Below, one piece after another: positions 35,238 through 44,075 of a DNA stretch of 64,000 nt. Position 1 is the first letter of the stretch, and the number at the start of each line of letters is the position of its first letter. The stretch lies in the IMG/VR virus record IMGVR_UViG_3300030376_004742, positions 19,900 to 83,899 of that record, one strand, 5' to 3'. Source of the stretch: a virus (taxonomy: Duplodnaviria > Caudoviricetes). The notes beneath the pieces were generated by a model. The model was not told the origin of the DNA, did not search any database, and saw only the letters and a program-made list of their open reading frames with translations. Made by a program: the position numbers and the translations under genes.

Positions 35238-36575
35238 ATGAAGAATTATAAAATAATAGAAGATACTACAAAAGTTGTAGCTAAGAAAAGAACAGAAAAA
35301 ACAACAGAATATAACCCTACTTTAATTTTATCACAATCATTTTTAGATAAAGTAAACTTTTTGCACAAACAAGTAAAAAAAGATACAGAATGGAGTGCAA
35401 TTTTACTTTACTCAACTAAAGAAGGTTCTATAGATGTAGATCCTAATAAATGGGTAATATCTGTAGATGACTGTATCTTAATGGATGTAGGCACAAGTGC
35501 TTATACAGAATATGATATGGAAGCCGGAGATGATTATGCTACTGACCAGTGGATGGATCATTTAGAAAAAGGCGGTAAAATAGGGCATTTACATACACAT
35601 CACAATATGAAGTGTTATTTCTCAGGAACTGATATGCAAGAGTTACATGATAATTCACCTCAGCATAATTATTACTTAAGTTTAATTGTAAACTATGATA
35701 ATCTTGATGCTTGGTGCGCTAAAGTAGCAATATGTGGATCAGAAACTGTAGAAGGAACTAAACAAGTAACTAAATCTTGGACAGGAGCTAAAGGAGTTGT
35801 TGTACAAGAAAAAACAGAAGATTTAACTAAAACAGAAGAAGTATTATACTTAATGGATTGTAAAATCACAACTGAAGCCGTTGAACCAGATGGTTTACAA
35901 GCTAGGTTAGATAGTATAATGGCTAAGAAGGAGGCTAAAAAACCTAAATATACTTCATTACATTATGGACAAAATTGGTATTGGAATGGCTCAAGACAAC
36001 AGTCATCATTTAATGTACCAGAAACAGTAAAAAATCAACTAGATTTATTTGGAGAACCAAAAGAATGGAAATCTGCAGAAGAATATAGTAAAGAAGATTT
36101 TATTAATACTGATCCAGAATGGAATGGTTTATTTGACACTTATAATGCAGAAGTTGCATTAAAAACTGTTGATTTATCAGAAGAAGAAAAGGATTTTTCA
36201 ATTACTCCTGTTGTAGCAGAAGCTTGTATAGCGCATCTTTTAGGACAAACAGAAGAGTGTTATACTAATCTAGAAGAAGTATTAAAGTCTTTAGAAACAA
36301 TAAAACCTGAAGAATTAGATATGTTTTTACAGCAGATTGAAGTATCTTTTTCACTTTCTCTCTTTTTTAAGAAAGATTTAACACCTTTTCAACTACATGT
36401 AGTAGCCGTTGCAACTTTAGCAGTTCTAGAAAAATATTCAGCTAGTTACAAATGTGTAGAAGAAATTACATTTTTATTAGAAGACTATTTAATGCAAGAA
36501 GGAGATTTTAATTTTTCTGACGTAGAAGATATGACAGGAGTTAAGATTGAAGATCAGTATTACATAGGGGATTAA
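35238..36575 (+). CDS. JAB/JAMM (MPN+) metalloprotease with long acidic extension (445 aa)
   Basis: E(WSAIL) plus HTHHNMKCYFSGTD = HxH-x7-S-x2-D (35592-35633). Confidence 0.85.
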   Translation: MKNYKIIEDTTKVVAKKRTEKTTEYNPTLILSQSFLDKVNFLHKQVKKDTEWSAILLYSTKEGSIDVDPNKWVISVDDCILMDVGTSAYTEYDMEAGDDYATDQWMDHLEKGGKIGHLHTHHNMKCYFSGTDMQELHDNSPQHNYYLSLIVNYDNLDAWCAKVAICGSETVEGTKQVTKSWTGAKGVVVQEKTEDLTKTEEVLYLMDCKITTEAVEPDGLQARLDSIMAKKEAKKPKYTSLHYGQNWYWNGSRQQSSFNVPETVKNQLDLFGEPKEWKSAEEYSKEDFINTDPEWNGLFDTYNAEVALKTVDLSEEEKDFSITPVVAEACIAHLLGQTEECYTNLEEVLKSLETIKPEELDMFLQQIEVSFSLSLFFKKDLTPFQLHVVAVATLAVLEKYSASYKCVEEITFLLEDYLMQEGDFNFSDVEDMTGVKIEDQYYIGD

Positions 36576-36594
36576 CATTTATATAATAATTTTT

Positions 36595-37275
36595 ATGAAT
36601 CAGATTGATAACAAAAAAGTTAGATTTTCTGACGCACCGTGGGCTAATGCTATCCAACACATTGTTGTTGGTGGCGTTGGCGGTATCGGGAGTTGGGCAT
36701 CTCTCTTTTTAGCAAGAATTGGACACTATTTATATCTTTATGATATAGATATAGTTGATGAAACCAATATGGGAGGTCAATTATATGGTGTAGATCAAAT
36801 AAGTATGAATAAAACTGCAGCTGCAAAACAAAATATAGAAAAGTTTTGTGGAAAAGACAGTCAAGTTTACTTATATGACGAATTTACTACAGAAGAAGGT
36901 ATGGTTGCACCTGTAGTATTTAGTTGCTTTGATAATATGGCAGCTAGAAAAGCAATGTTTGAGAAATGGGCACAGTATGACAAACGTGAAGTCTTTATAG
37001 ATGGACGAATGTTAGCTGAAGTAGGGATGGTATTTATTGTTCAAAAAGGACAAGAAGAAGAATATAGAAAACATTTGTTTGAAGATTCTGAAGTAGAGGA
37101 AGCTCCATGCTCATTTAAAGCTACAAGTCATTGTGGTGCATTTATAGGATCATTAATGGTATCCGGTTTAAATAATTACTTAGCCAATAAAACAGCTGGT
37201 AATAATGACCGTGTTATTAATTTTCATACTAATTTTGCATTACCTATGGCTCATGTAGATGGAACAGAATTATAA
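36595..37275 (+). CDS. ThiF/MoeB/E1-like adenylating enzyme (226 aa)
   Basis: GVGGIG nucleotide loop, D.D.V...N..GQ, K, CFDN..AR, IDGR; candidate catalytic Cys in APCS (37108-37110). Confidence 0.9.
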   Translation: MNQIDNKKVRFSDAPWANAIQHIVVGGVGGIGSWASLFLARIGHYLYLYDIDIVDETNMGGQLYGVDQISMNKTAAAKQNIEKFCGKDSQVYLYDEFTTEEGMVAPVVFSCFDNMAARKAMFEKWAQYDKREVFIDGRMLAEVGMVFIVQKGQEEEYRKHLFEDSEVEEAPCSFKATSHCGAFIGSLMVSGLNNYLANKTAGNNDRVINFHTNFALPMAHVDGTEL

Positions 37276-37279
37276 ACTT

Positions 37280-37350
37280 AACTGGGAGAAACAGGCCTAA
37301 ACCGTTTCTTTAAATTTTATACTATTTGGCGTGTATAAAACCCAGTTTTT
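37280..37350 (+). ncRNA. Three-way-junction RNA element followed by U-tract
   Basis: P1 AACTGGG/CCCAGTT, P2 AGAAAC-GG/CC-GTTTCT, P3 TTTTATAC/GTATAAAA. Confidence 0.5.
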
Positions 37351-37364
37351 TAACAAATTAAATT

Positions 37365-38591
37365 ATGTCAAGACATATTAACTCAACCGGTACACACTTA
37401 ATACGGAACTTAGTTTTTAGAATACAATCTATAGTAACCCAGAATTGGCGTGATACAGGGCTGTTTGGGACACAGTCTCATATTAACTTGTTTAGAGATC
37501 AAATAGACCTTAACCAAAGAGCTACTGGTCTATTAGGTTATAAAACATTTAAAAGTACTAATACAGCTAATTTAAGTAGAATTCCTGTAGGAGCATTAGG
37601 AGCTGGAGGATATGTAAATCAAAGTCATGATGAACATCTAGGCTCTGACAACTCTACATGGGGATTAGGAGATAGACTTATTACAGGTATTAGACAACGT
37701 TGTTTAAATCAGATATATGAAGAAAATCTACAACAATACAGAGACGAACATAATGGTGAAGAAATGCCTGACGCTGATGTAATAGATATGTACAATATAT
37801 CAAACCGCTATAGATTTGCTCAAAAAACAAATGAATGTTACAATTTAGCAAATTATGTCAGTAATGCAATAGGTAATGGTAATAGATTACATAGAGCACT
37901 TACTCTTTTACCACTGATCAATAATCCAAGTTTAATGAATAGCATAGATTATACCCAAGATCAAGACTTAATAGAAAATGACGTAGCAAAGCTATTAGAG
38001 AACACATTAGAAGAGTCTTTAAAATTACCTACCCATTTATATACTAATATTAGTATGGGAGGTTACCCCGATAAAAGTACGTATCAAGCTGTATACAATC
38101 ATTTTACTACTACATTAGGTGGTAGAGTATTAGAATATTTTAAATTTAGAGACTATGAAGTAGCAGTAGGTTATGGTACAATAATAGACTTAAAGAATAA
38201 AAAAGTTTTAGCTATGTTAACTCTTAACCCAGAGTATCTAGATTATTATTTACTAAAAACAAGATCTAAATCTAAAAAAGACTTAAACCCCGCAATATTT
38301 GATTTTATTATAGATAAAGATTTAAATAGTGCAGATTCTATTTATCCGTCAGAATTAACACGGTTACTTAGAATGGGTGTAACAGAAGCCTTACCAGAAG
38401 GAGTAGATGTAGAGTATGTAAATGGCTCTGAGATTTTTGATGAAATATATGCTGAAGAAATCAAAGAAAAAGAAGATACTCTTAATCCTTTAGAGGCTAT
38501 TCAACGCAATGAAGAGATGCAATTAGCATTTTTTGATACATTAGAAGTAAAAACAAATTTAAAAAATAATCATATTTCTATTGTCTATTAA
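37365..38591 (+). CDS. Hypothetical protein (408 aa)
   Basis: Long ORF immediately after E1; no motif recognised. Confidence 0.75.
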   Translation: MSRHINSTGTHLIRNLVFRIQSIVTQNWRDTGLFGTQSHINLFRDQIDLNQRATGLLGYKTFKSTNTANLSRIPVGALGAGGYVNQSHDEHLGSDNSTWGLGDRLITGIRQRCLNQIYEENLQQYRDEHNGEEMPDADVIDMYNISNRYRFAQKTNECYNLANYVSNAIGNGNRLHRALTLLPLINNPSLMNSIDYTQDQDLIENDVAKLLENTLEESLKLPTHLYTNISMGGYPDKSTYQAVYNHFTTTLGGRVLEYFKFRDYEVAVGYGTIIDLKNKKVLAMLTLNPEYLDYYLLKTRSKSKKDLNPAIFDFIIDKDLNSADSIYPSELTRLLRMGVTEALPEGVDVEYVNGSEIFDEIYAEEIKEKEDTLNPLEAIQRNEEMQLAFFDTLEVKTNLKNNHISIVY

Positions 38592-38646
38592 AATAAATTG
38601 AGTATCTTTATAAGTTCAATTGTAATTAACTAAATTTTATATAACT

Positions 38647-39306
38647 ATGGCAAAACTAGAATTTTTAATCCTACACTGCACCGCAACTCGTGAAGGTCAC
38701 GAAGTTACCAAAGAAGATATCCATAATTGGCATATTAAAAGAAGAGGTTGGAAACAGGTAGGTTATAGTGAAATGATCCATTTAGATGGAACAATTGAAG
38801 AATTAGTACCGTACAATGATGATGATGTTGTAGATAGATGGGAAGTTACAAATGGTGCCCGTGGCATGAACTTTAAATCTAGACACATTACTTACGTTGG
38901 AGGAGTAGAAGCAAGAAGAAGAAATGGGAAATATCAAGCTAAAGATACAAGAACAGAAGCTCAATTAAAAGCTATGGAAATGTATGTAAAAGCTCACACT
39001 ACCTTACATCCCAATTGGAAAATTGCTGGACACTACCATTTTGCAGCCAAAGCCTGTCCAAGCTTTGATGTACCTGAATGGTTAGAAAGTATAGGGATCC
39101 AGGAGAAAAACATTTATAGAAAAGAACCTAGATCACCTTTTAGTAACAAATTTGAAGGAGACGCTTTTAGATTATGGGTTAATGCCTATTATCCAGAATA
39201 TGCTAAATCTATTAATTTAGATAAGTCAGGCTCCTACAAAAATTCTTTTATCCTAAAAGCATATGCTAAACTAGGAGAAAAGTATGAAATTACAGGAAAA
39301 TCATGA
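38647..39306 (+). CDS. N-acetylmuramoyl-L-alanine amidase (Amidase_2) endolysin (219 aa)
   Basis: ILHCTAT, GYSEMIH.DG.IE, GHYHF..KACPSFDV zinc-amidase motifs. Confidence 0.9.
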   Translation: MAKLEFLILHCTATREGHEVTKEDIHNWHIKRRGWKQVGYSEMIHLDGTIEELVPYNDDDVVDRWEVTNGARGMNFKSRHITYVGGVEARRRNGKYQAKDTRTEAQLKAMEMYVKAHTTLHPNWKIAGHYHFAAKACPSFDVPEWLESIGIQEKNIYRKEPRSPFSNKFEGDAFRLWVNAYYPEYAKSINLDKSGSYKNSFILKAYAKLGEKYEITGKS

Positions 39307-40046
39307 ACAAAACGTTAGCAATTATTGACGGAGATTCTTTATGCTTTTTAGGCTCTAAAGATACTATACAAGAAAGTATTGATAGAGTTGACACTGTAAT
39401 AAGTGGTATTTTTGAAGCAACAGGTAGTACTAGTTACTACTTGTTGTTATCAAAAGGGCCTTATTTCAGACATAGCGTAAATGAAGAGTACAAGGGCAAA
39501 AGAACTAAGAGTCCTTTAAAATATCTTAGTACATTAAAACAATATCTACGTGAACAATATTTAGCAGAGTATTGGAAAGGAGTTGAAGCTGATGACGCTG
39601 TTGCATACATACAGCAATTATTTTTAGACGGCAAATTACCAGAATTTACAAACACTTTTGTTTGTTCTCTAGATAAAGATGTAAAAAAACAAGTTGAAGG
39701 TAACATGTATGATTACCGTAAAAACGAGTTTTCTGTTACAACTGCCGAAGAAGCACAAAAGTTTCTTCATATCCAATCTATTATGGGAGATAGTACGGAT
39801 AATATTAAAGGTATCCCAGGTCATGGTCCAGCTAAAGCAACTAAGTTAATAGAAGCAGCAAAGGCGGAATTACATCCACTTGTAGCTTATAAAGCTTATT
39901 TAGAACACTATGGCGAACCAGGTTATGCCCTTTATGAATATCAGAAGAATTATAGACAAGTTTATATGTTAAGAACAGATTCTGATTTTCAAAATGAAGT
40001 AGGTTATGTACCTGAATTAAATGACCCAATTAATATAATTAAATAA
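39303..40046 (+). CDS. 5'-3' exonuclease/flap endonuclease (247 aa)
   Basis: IIDGDS, EADDA, SLDKD, GDSTDNIKGIPG.GP.KA. Confidence 0.9.
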   Translation: MNKTLAIIDGDSLCFLGSKDTIQESIDRVDTVISGIFEATGSTSYYLLLSKGPYFRHSVNEEYKGKRTKSPLKYLSTLKQYLREQYLAEYWKGVEADDAVAYIQQLFLDGKLPEFTNTFVCSLDKDVKKQVEGNMYDYRKNEFSVTTAEEAQKFLHIQSIMGDSTDNIKGIPGHGPAKATKLIEAAKAELHPLVAYKAYLEHYGEPGYALYEYQKNYRQVYMLRTDSDFQNEVGYVPELNDPINIIK

Positions 40047-40047
40047 T

Positions 40048-40860
40048 ATGAGAAAATTATCATCTTTTACGCTAAACTCCGGTTTAGATATACGTATGGA
40101 AGCACTAAGTACTAGATTAATTTCTATGTACCCTGTAGCAACAAAGTATGAAGTCTTAGATGAAAGAGGTAAGCTCGTAGGTCTTGATTATGATGGGGAA
40201 TACTCAGTAAGCGAAGGCACAGTCCTAACAGTAGGCAAGCAGAAATATAAAATAAGCGAAGTAAAAAAGAGCAGTAGATCCACAACAGGATATGAGCTAT
40301 ACACTTTTCGTAAGATTACAACTACAGGCACTTTTATCTTACCTTTTCTAGGTAAAGATAGAAGTTTTTGGCGGTGGTCATTAGAGTTTGTTAACGCCTT
40401 TATAGGTGATGAAACTCAAAGTGATGGTTCTGAGATTCATATATTATATAGATTCTCAGGAAATAAATCTTTTGCAGATTTTGAGTTTGCATTAATAGAT
40501 TTACCAGGCTACATTGAGTCTGTAGATACTGATAAATATCACACTTTATACAAATTTAAATTACCAGAAGCGTATAAAGATGATATTCAGTTAATCATGC
40601 AAGGTAACTATTCTAAAATTTCAAATACTGGTAAAAACAGAATTATGGAGTTTCATAATAGTAACCGAACAAAAGCTATAGGACAGATTCTCTACAAAAG
40701 TAGAGAGAGGAGAGAAAAAATTGAGAGAGATATTAACAGTAAATTACCTGCTGATGCAGAGTTATTAGATATGTTTGATGTTTCTCAAGAGATTTTTAAA
40801 AATAAATTTAAAATTGTAGAACACAATGACGGAGAAAAGAGAAATAGTGACTTTGAGTAA
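40048..40860 (+). CDS. Hypothetical protein (270 aa)
   Basis: Long ORF tightly tiled with its neighbours. Confidence 0.75.
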   Translation: MRKLSSFTLNSGLDIRMEALSTRLISMYPVATKYEVLDERGKLVGLDYDGEYSVSEGTVLTVGKQKYKISEVKKSSRSTTGYELYTFRKITTTGTFILPFLGKDRSFWRWSLEFVNAFIGDETQSDGSEIHILYRFSGNKSFADFEFALIDLPGYIESVDTDKYHTLYKFKLPEAYKDDIQLIMQGNYSKISNTGKNRIMEFHNSNRTKAIGQILYKSRERREKIERDINSKLPADAELLDMFDVSQEIFKNKFKIVEHNDGEKRNSDFE

Positions 40861-41074
40861 CGGTAGTAAGTTATATAACGGAGAACCAGTAATTAAAGTA
40901 ACAAAAATGTGTGCTGGTTATTATCAGTGGGCAACAAAAATTCATGGAAGATGGGATCATACTCTACTAAGTTATGTAGAAGACTTTATGAAAAGATATG
41001 GATATGAATTTAAAATCGTAGAACAAAAAGAAGAGGACGTAGAAGATGACTTTTATGTTCCATTTTACGGCTAA
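40826..41074 (+). CDS. Hypothetical protein (82 aa)
   Basis: Overlaps the end of the previous gene. Confidence 0.6.
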   Translation: MTEKREIVTLSNGSKLYNGEPVIKVTKMCAGYYQWATKIHGRWDHTLLSYVEDFMKRYGYEFKIVEQKEEDVEDDFYVPFYG

Positions 41075-41112
41075 ATAGGGAAATAACTAATCTTAAAACC
41101 ATAATAGAACTT

Positions 41113-43017
41113 ATGAAAGAAATCAAAACTCCATGGGGAGAGGTAGGTTATTTAACTTACAAACGTACTTACGCACGTAGACTTAATGAAAAAGACGTAA
41201 ATTCACCAACAGAAGAATTTGTTGATACTGTAAACAGAGTAGTAACAGCATCTAATGAGCAATTAGGCTGTAACTTTTCTCCAAGTCAACAAAAAGAGTT
41301 AACTGATATATTATTAAATCTGAAAGGATCAGTAGCAGGTAGATTTTGGTGGCAATTAGGCACAAAAACAGTAGATAACTTAGGTTTATTAAGTTTACAA
41401 AATTGTGCTTTTACTAATGTTAATGAACCAGTTAGACCATTTACGTGGGCTATGGATGCATTAATGTTAGGTTCAGGTGTTGGATACAATATTCAAAAGA
41501 AAAATGTATATCAACTACCTAAACTAAAAGATAAATTAACTATAACTAGACAAGATACTGCAGATGCAGATTTTATTTTGTCTGATACTAGAGAAGGATG
41601 GGTAAAGTTACTAGGTAAAATTCTTAAAGCACACTTTTATAGTGGAGAAGGATTTTCTTATAGTACTATGCTTATCCGTGGTAAAGGCGCACCAATTAAA
41701 GGATTTGGTGGTACAGCAAGTGGACCGGAAGTTTTATGTGATGGATTAAATAAAATTCATGAGATATTAAACAACCGTGCTAATGATAAATTAGAACCAA
41801 TTGATTGTTTAGATATTATGAACATTATCGGGCAAATAGTTGTTGCAGGTAACGTAAGACGTTCTGCACAAATTGCTTTAGGTGATTGTGATGATGAAGT
41901 ATATTTAAAAGCTAAGCGTTGGGATTTGGGTTCAATTCCTAATTGGAGAGCAATGTCTAATAATTCAGTTGTATGTGATGATTCTACAAAACTTCCACAA
42001 TTATTTTGGGATACATATGAGCAAGGTGAACCTTATGGTTTAATTAACTTAGATTTATCTAGAAAAATAGGACGTATTGGAGAAACGGAATATCCAGATC
42101 CATCTGTGGAAGGATATAATCCATGTGCAGAACAATCATTAGCAGATAAAGAAACTTGTTGTTTAGCAGAAGTATTCTTACCAAACATTGAGACTGAAGA
42201 AGAATTCCGTAAAGTAATAACATATCTTTATAGAATTAATAAACATTCTTTAGCATTACCATGTCACCTTAAGGAAACTGAGGAAATAGTACATGCTAAT
42301 ATGAGAATGGGTATTGGTGTTACTGGTGTATATCAAGCTACAGAAGAACAACGTAGTTGGTTATCTGATGCATATACATACTTAAGAACATATGATGATG
42401 AATATTCTAAGATTCACGGTTTTCCACCAAGTATTAAACTTACTACGGTAAAACCAAGTGGAACATTAAGTTTATTAGCAGGTGTAACTCCAGGAGGACA
42501 TCCGTCACCAGCAGGTCCATATTATATACGTAGAATACGTATTTCATCGGACTCACCTTTGGTAGATGTATGTAAATCTCATGGGTATGTAGTAGAGCCT
42601 CAGCAATTATTTGATGGTTCTAAGGATAAAACTACTATGGTAGCGGAATTTCCATGTAGTGTACCTGAAACTACTCCAATTGGAGGAGATATCAGTGCAG
42701 TAGATCAACTAGAATTAGTTAAATGGTTACAGGCTAATTGGTCTGATAATTCTGTTTCTGTAACAGTTTATTATAAGAAAGAAGAATTAGATGACATTAA
42801 ACAATGGTTAGCCGATAACTATATAGATAATGTAAAAACAGTATCATTTTTATTATACACAGGTCATGGATTTGTTCAAGCTCCATATGAGACTATTTCT
42901 AAAGAGGAATATGATCGTAGAAAAGAAGGAACAACACCAATAGATTCTGTTAACATAGATATAGATGGTATGGATGAAGCACAAGGCTGTGAAGGCGGTG
43001 CTTGTCCTGTAAAATAA
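41113..43017 (+). CDS. nrdJ: Class II (B12-dependent) monomeric ribonucleotide reductase (634 aa)
   Basis: YKRTY.R, QNCAF, GSGVG, GNVRRSA, NPCAEQ, TTVKPSGT, C-terminal CEGGACPVK. Confidence 0.93.
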   Translation: MKEIKTPWGEVGYLTYKRTYARRLNEKDVNSPTEEFVDTVNRVVTASNEQLGCNFSPSQQKELTDILLNLKGSVAGRFWWQLGTKTVDNLGLLSLQNCAFTNVNEPVRPFTWAMDALMLGSGVGYNIQKKNVYQLPKLKDKLTITRQDTADADFILSDTREGWVKLLGKILKAHFYSGEGFSYSTMLIRGKGAPIKGFGGTASGPEVLCDGLNKIHEILNNRANDKLEPIDCLDIMNIIGQIVVAGNVRRSAQIALGDCDDEVYLKAKRWDLGSIPNWRAMSNNSVVCDDSTKLPQLFWDTYEQGEPYGLINLDLSRKIGRIGETEYPDPSVEGYNPCAEQSLADKETCCLAEVFLPNIETEEEFRKVITYLYRINKHSLALPCHLKETEEIVHANMRMGIGVTGVYQATEEQRSWLSDAYTYLRTYDDEYSKIHGFPPSIKLTTVKPSGTLSLLAGVTPGGHPSPAGPYYIRRIRISSDSPLVDVCKSHGYVVEPQQLFDGSKDKTTMVAEFPCSVPETTPIGGDISAVDQLELVKWLQANWSDNSVSVTVYYKKEELDDIKQWLADNYIDNVKTVSFLLYTGHGFVQAPYETISKEEYDRRKEGTTPIDSVNIDIDGMDEAQGCEGGACPVK

Positions 43018-43022
43018 TAATT

Positions 43023-43051
43023 AAAGGGAGGTAGAGATATCTCCCTTTTTT
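43023..43051 (+). terminator. Rho-independent terminator
   Basis: AAAGGGAG/CTCCCTTT plus T-tract. Confidence 0.85.
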
Positions 43052-43063
43052 AATATCTACATA

Positions 43064-43255
43064 ATGAGAAACAAACTATTTAGAAATAAAAAACAAGGAT
43101 ATTTTGGCGGAGTTTGTGCTGGTTTAGAAAATTATACTAGTATTCCTGCTTTGGTATTTAGAATTTTATTTGTATTTTTGCATGGGGGACTTCTTGCGTA
43201 TATCGCATTTTGTCTGTTTACAGATGATGTCTCTGATGGAACAAAAACACTTTAA
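43064..43255 (+). CDS. PspC-domain membrane protein (63 aa)
   Basis: KLFRN....FGGVCAGL..Y..IP...FRILF...GLLAYI matches the PspC consensus. Confidence 0.8.
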   Translation: MRNKLFRNKKQGYFGGVCAGLENYTSIPALVFRILFVFLHGGLLAYIAFCLFTDDVSDGTKTL

Positions 43256-43256
43256 C

Positions 43257-43514
43257 ATGAAAGTAAAAATAAAAACACGTCAAGTATATCATAAAATGTT
43301 AGAAGTAACAGTTGATGTACCAAGCACGTTAAAACCTAATGAAATAAGAGATTATTTAATTGGGAAGGAAGAAGATTGGATAGACAATGTAGATGAGTTA
43401 ATATATGAATCAGATTTTATACCTGGATTAGGTTTAGATGAGGAATTTGTATTAAGAGACCAAGCTACAGAGTGGGTCTATGAATTAAATCAAACACACA
43501 AAGGACATTTATAA
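43257..43514 (+). CDS. Hypothetical protein (85 aa; start re-assigned from 43170)
   Basis: ATG two nt after the PspC stop. Confidence 0.6.
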   Translation: MKVKIKTRQVYHKMLEVTVDVPSTLKPNEIRDYLIGKEEDWIDNVDELIYESDFIPGLGLDEEFVLRDQATEWVYELNQTHKGHL

Positions 43515-43933
43515 TGGACGATAGTAGTAATTTTTTGTATGTAAATACAGATGATGAAGCTACAGTTGGTAATACTTATGTATACAAGGTTAATAAAAAT
43601 CAAGAAGTAGTAACAGAACCTGAAAGTATTGAACCAATCACAGATAAAGCACAGGAAAGAAAAGGTATTCCTTTATATATGGGAGTCATGAGATACTTTC
43701 CTAATGCTTTACGTGAAGTAGCAAAAACATCTAAACAGGGTAATGATCAACATCACCCAGACAAACCTTTACATTGGGATATGTCTAAAAGTAAAGATGA
43801 ATATGATGCTCTATTAAGACATTTATTAGATCATGATATAAATCCAGTAGATGATGATGGAGTATTACATCTTGCAAAGGTAGCGTGGAGAGCGTTAGCT
43901 GGATTAGAACGGTATTTAACAAATAAACATTAA
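43514..43933 (+). CDS. DUF5664-like dATP/dGTP diphosphohydrolase domain protein (139 aa)
   Basis: FP.AL.EVAK.S..G..H....W......YDALLRH.......D...HLAKVAWRALA. Confidence 0.75.
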   Translation: MDDSSNFLYVNTDDEATVGNTYVYKVNKNQEVVTEPESIEPITDKAQERKGIPLYMGVMRYFPNALREVAKTSKQGNDQHHPDKPLHWDMSKSKDEYDALLRHLLDHDINPVDDDGVLHLAKVAWRALAGLERYLTNKH

Positions 43934-43937
43934 ACAA

Positions 43938-44075
43938 ATGGCACGAAAAGTAGTTGTTAGTGGTAAAATGGAAACTGCTAAAATAAAACGTAAAGGAATA
44001 CATAGTAAAAATAATTCAAGTAAATTGAAATCATCCAAAAACTATAAAAAGTCTTATAAAGGACAAGGTAGATAA
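43938..44075 (+). CDS. 45-aa basic protein ending YKGQGR, not in the ORF track
   Basis: MARKVVVSGKMETAKIKRKGIHSKNNSSKLKSSKNYKKSYKGQGR; TAATG-coupled to the next gene. Confidence 0.7.
   Translation: MARKVVVSGKMETAKIKRKGIHSKNNSSKLKSSKNYKKSYKGQGR

Noticed and set aside
36595-37275. ThiF as a thiamine/molybdopterin auxiliary metabolic gene
   Set aside because: No thiS/thiG/moaD/moaE context; the neighbouring JAB, E2-like and Ubl genes favour protein conjugation.
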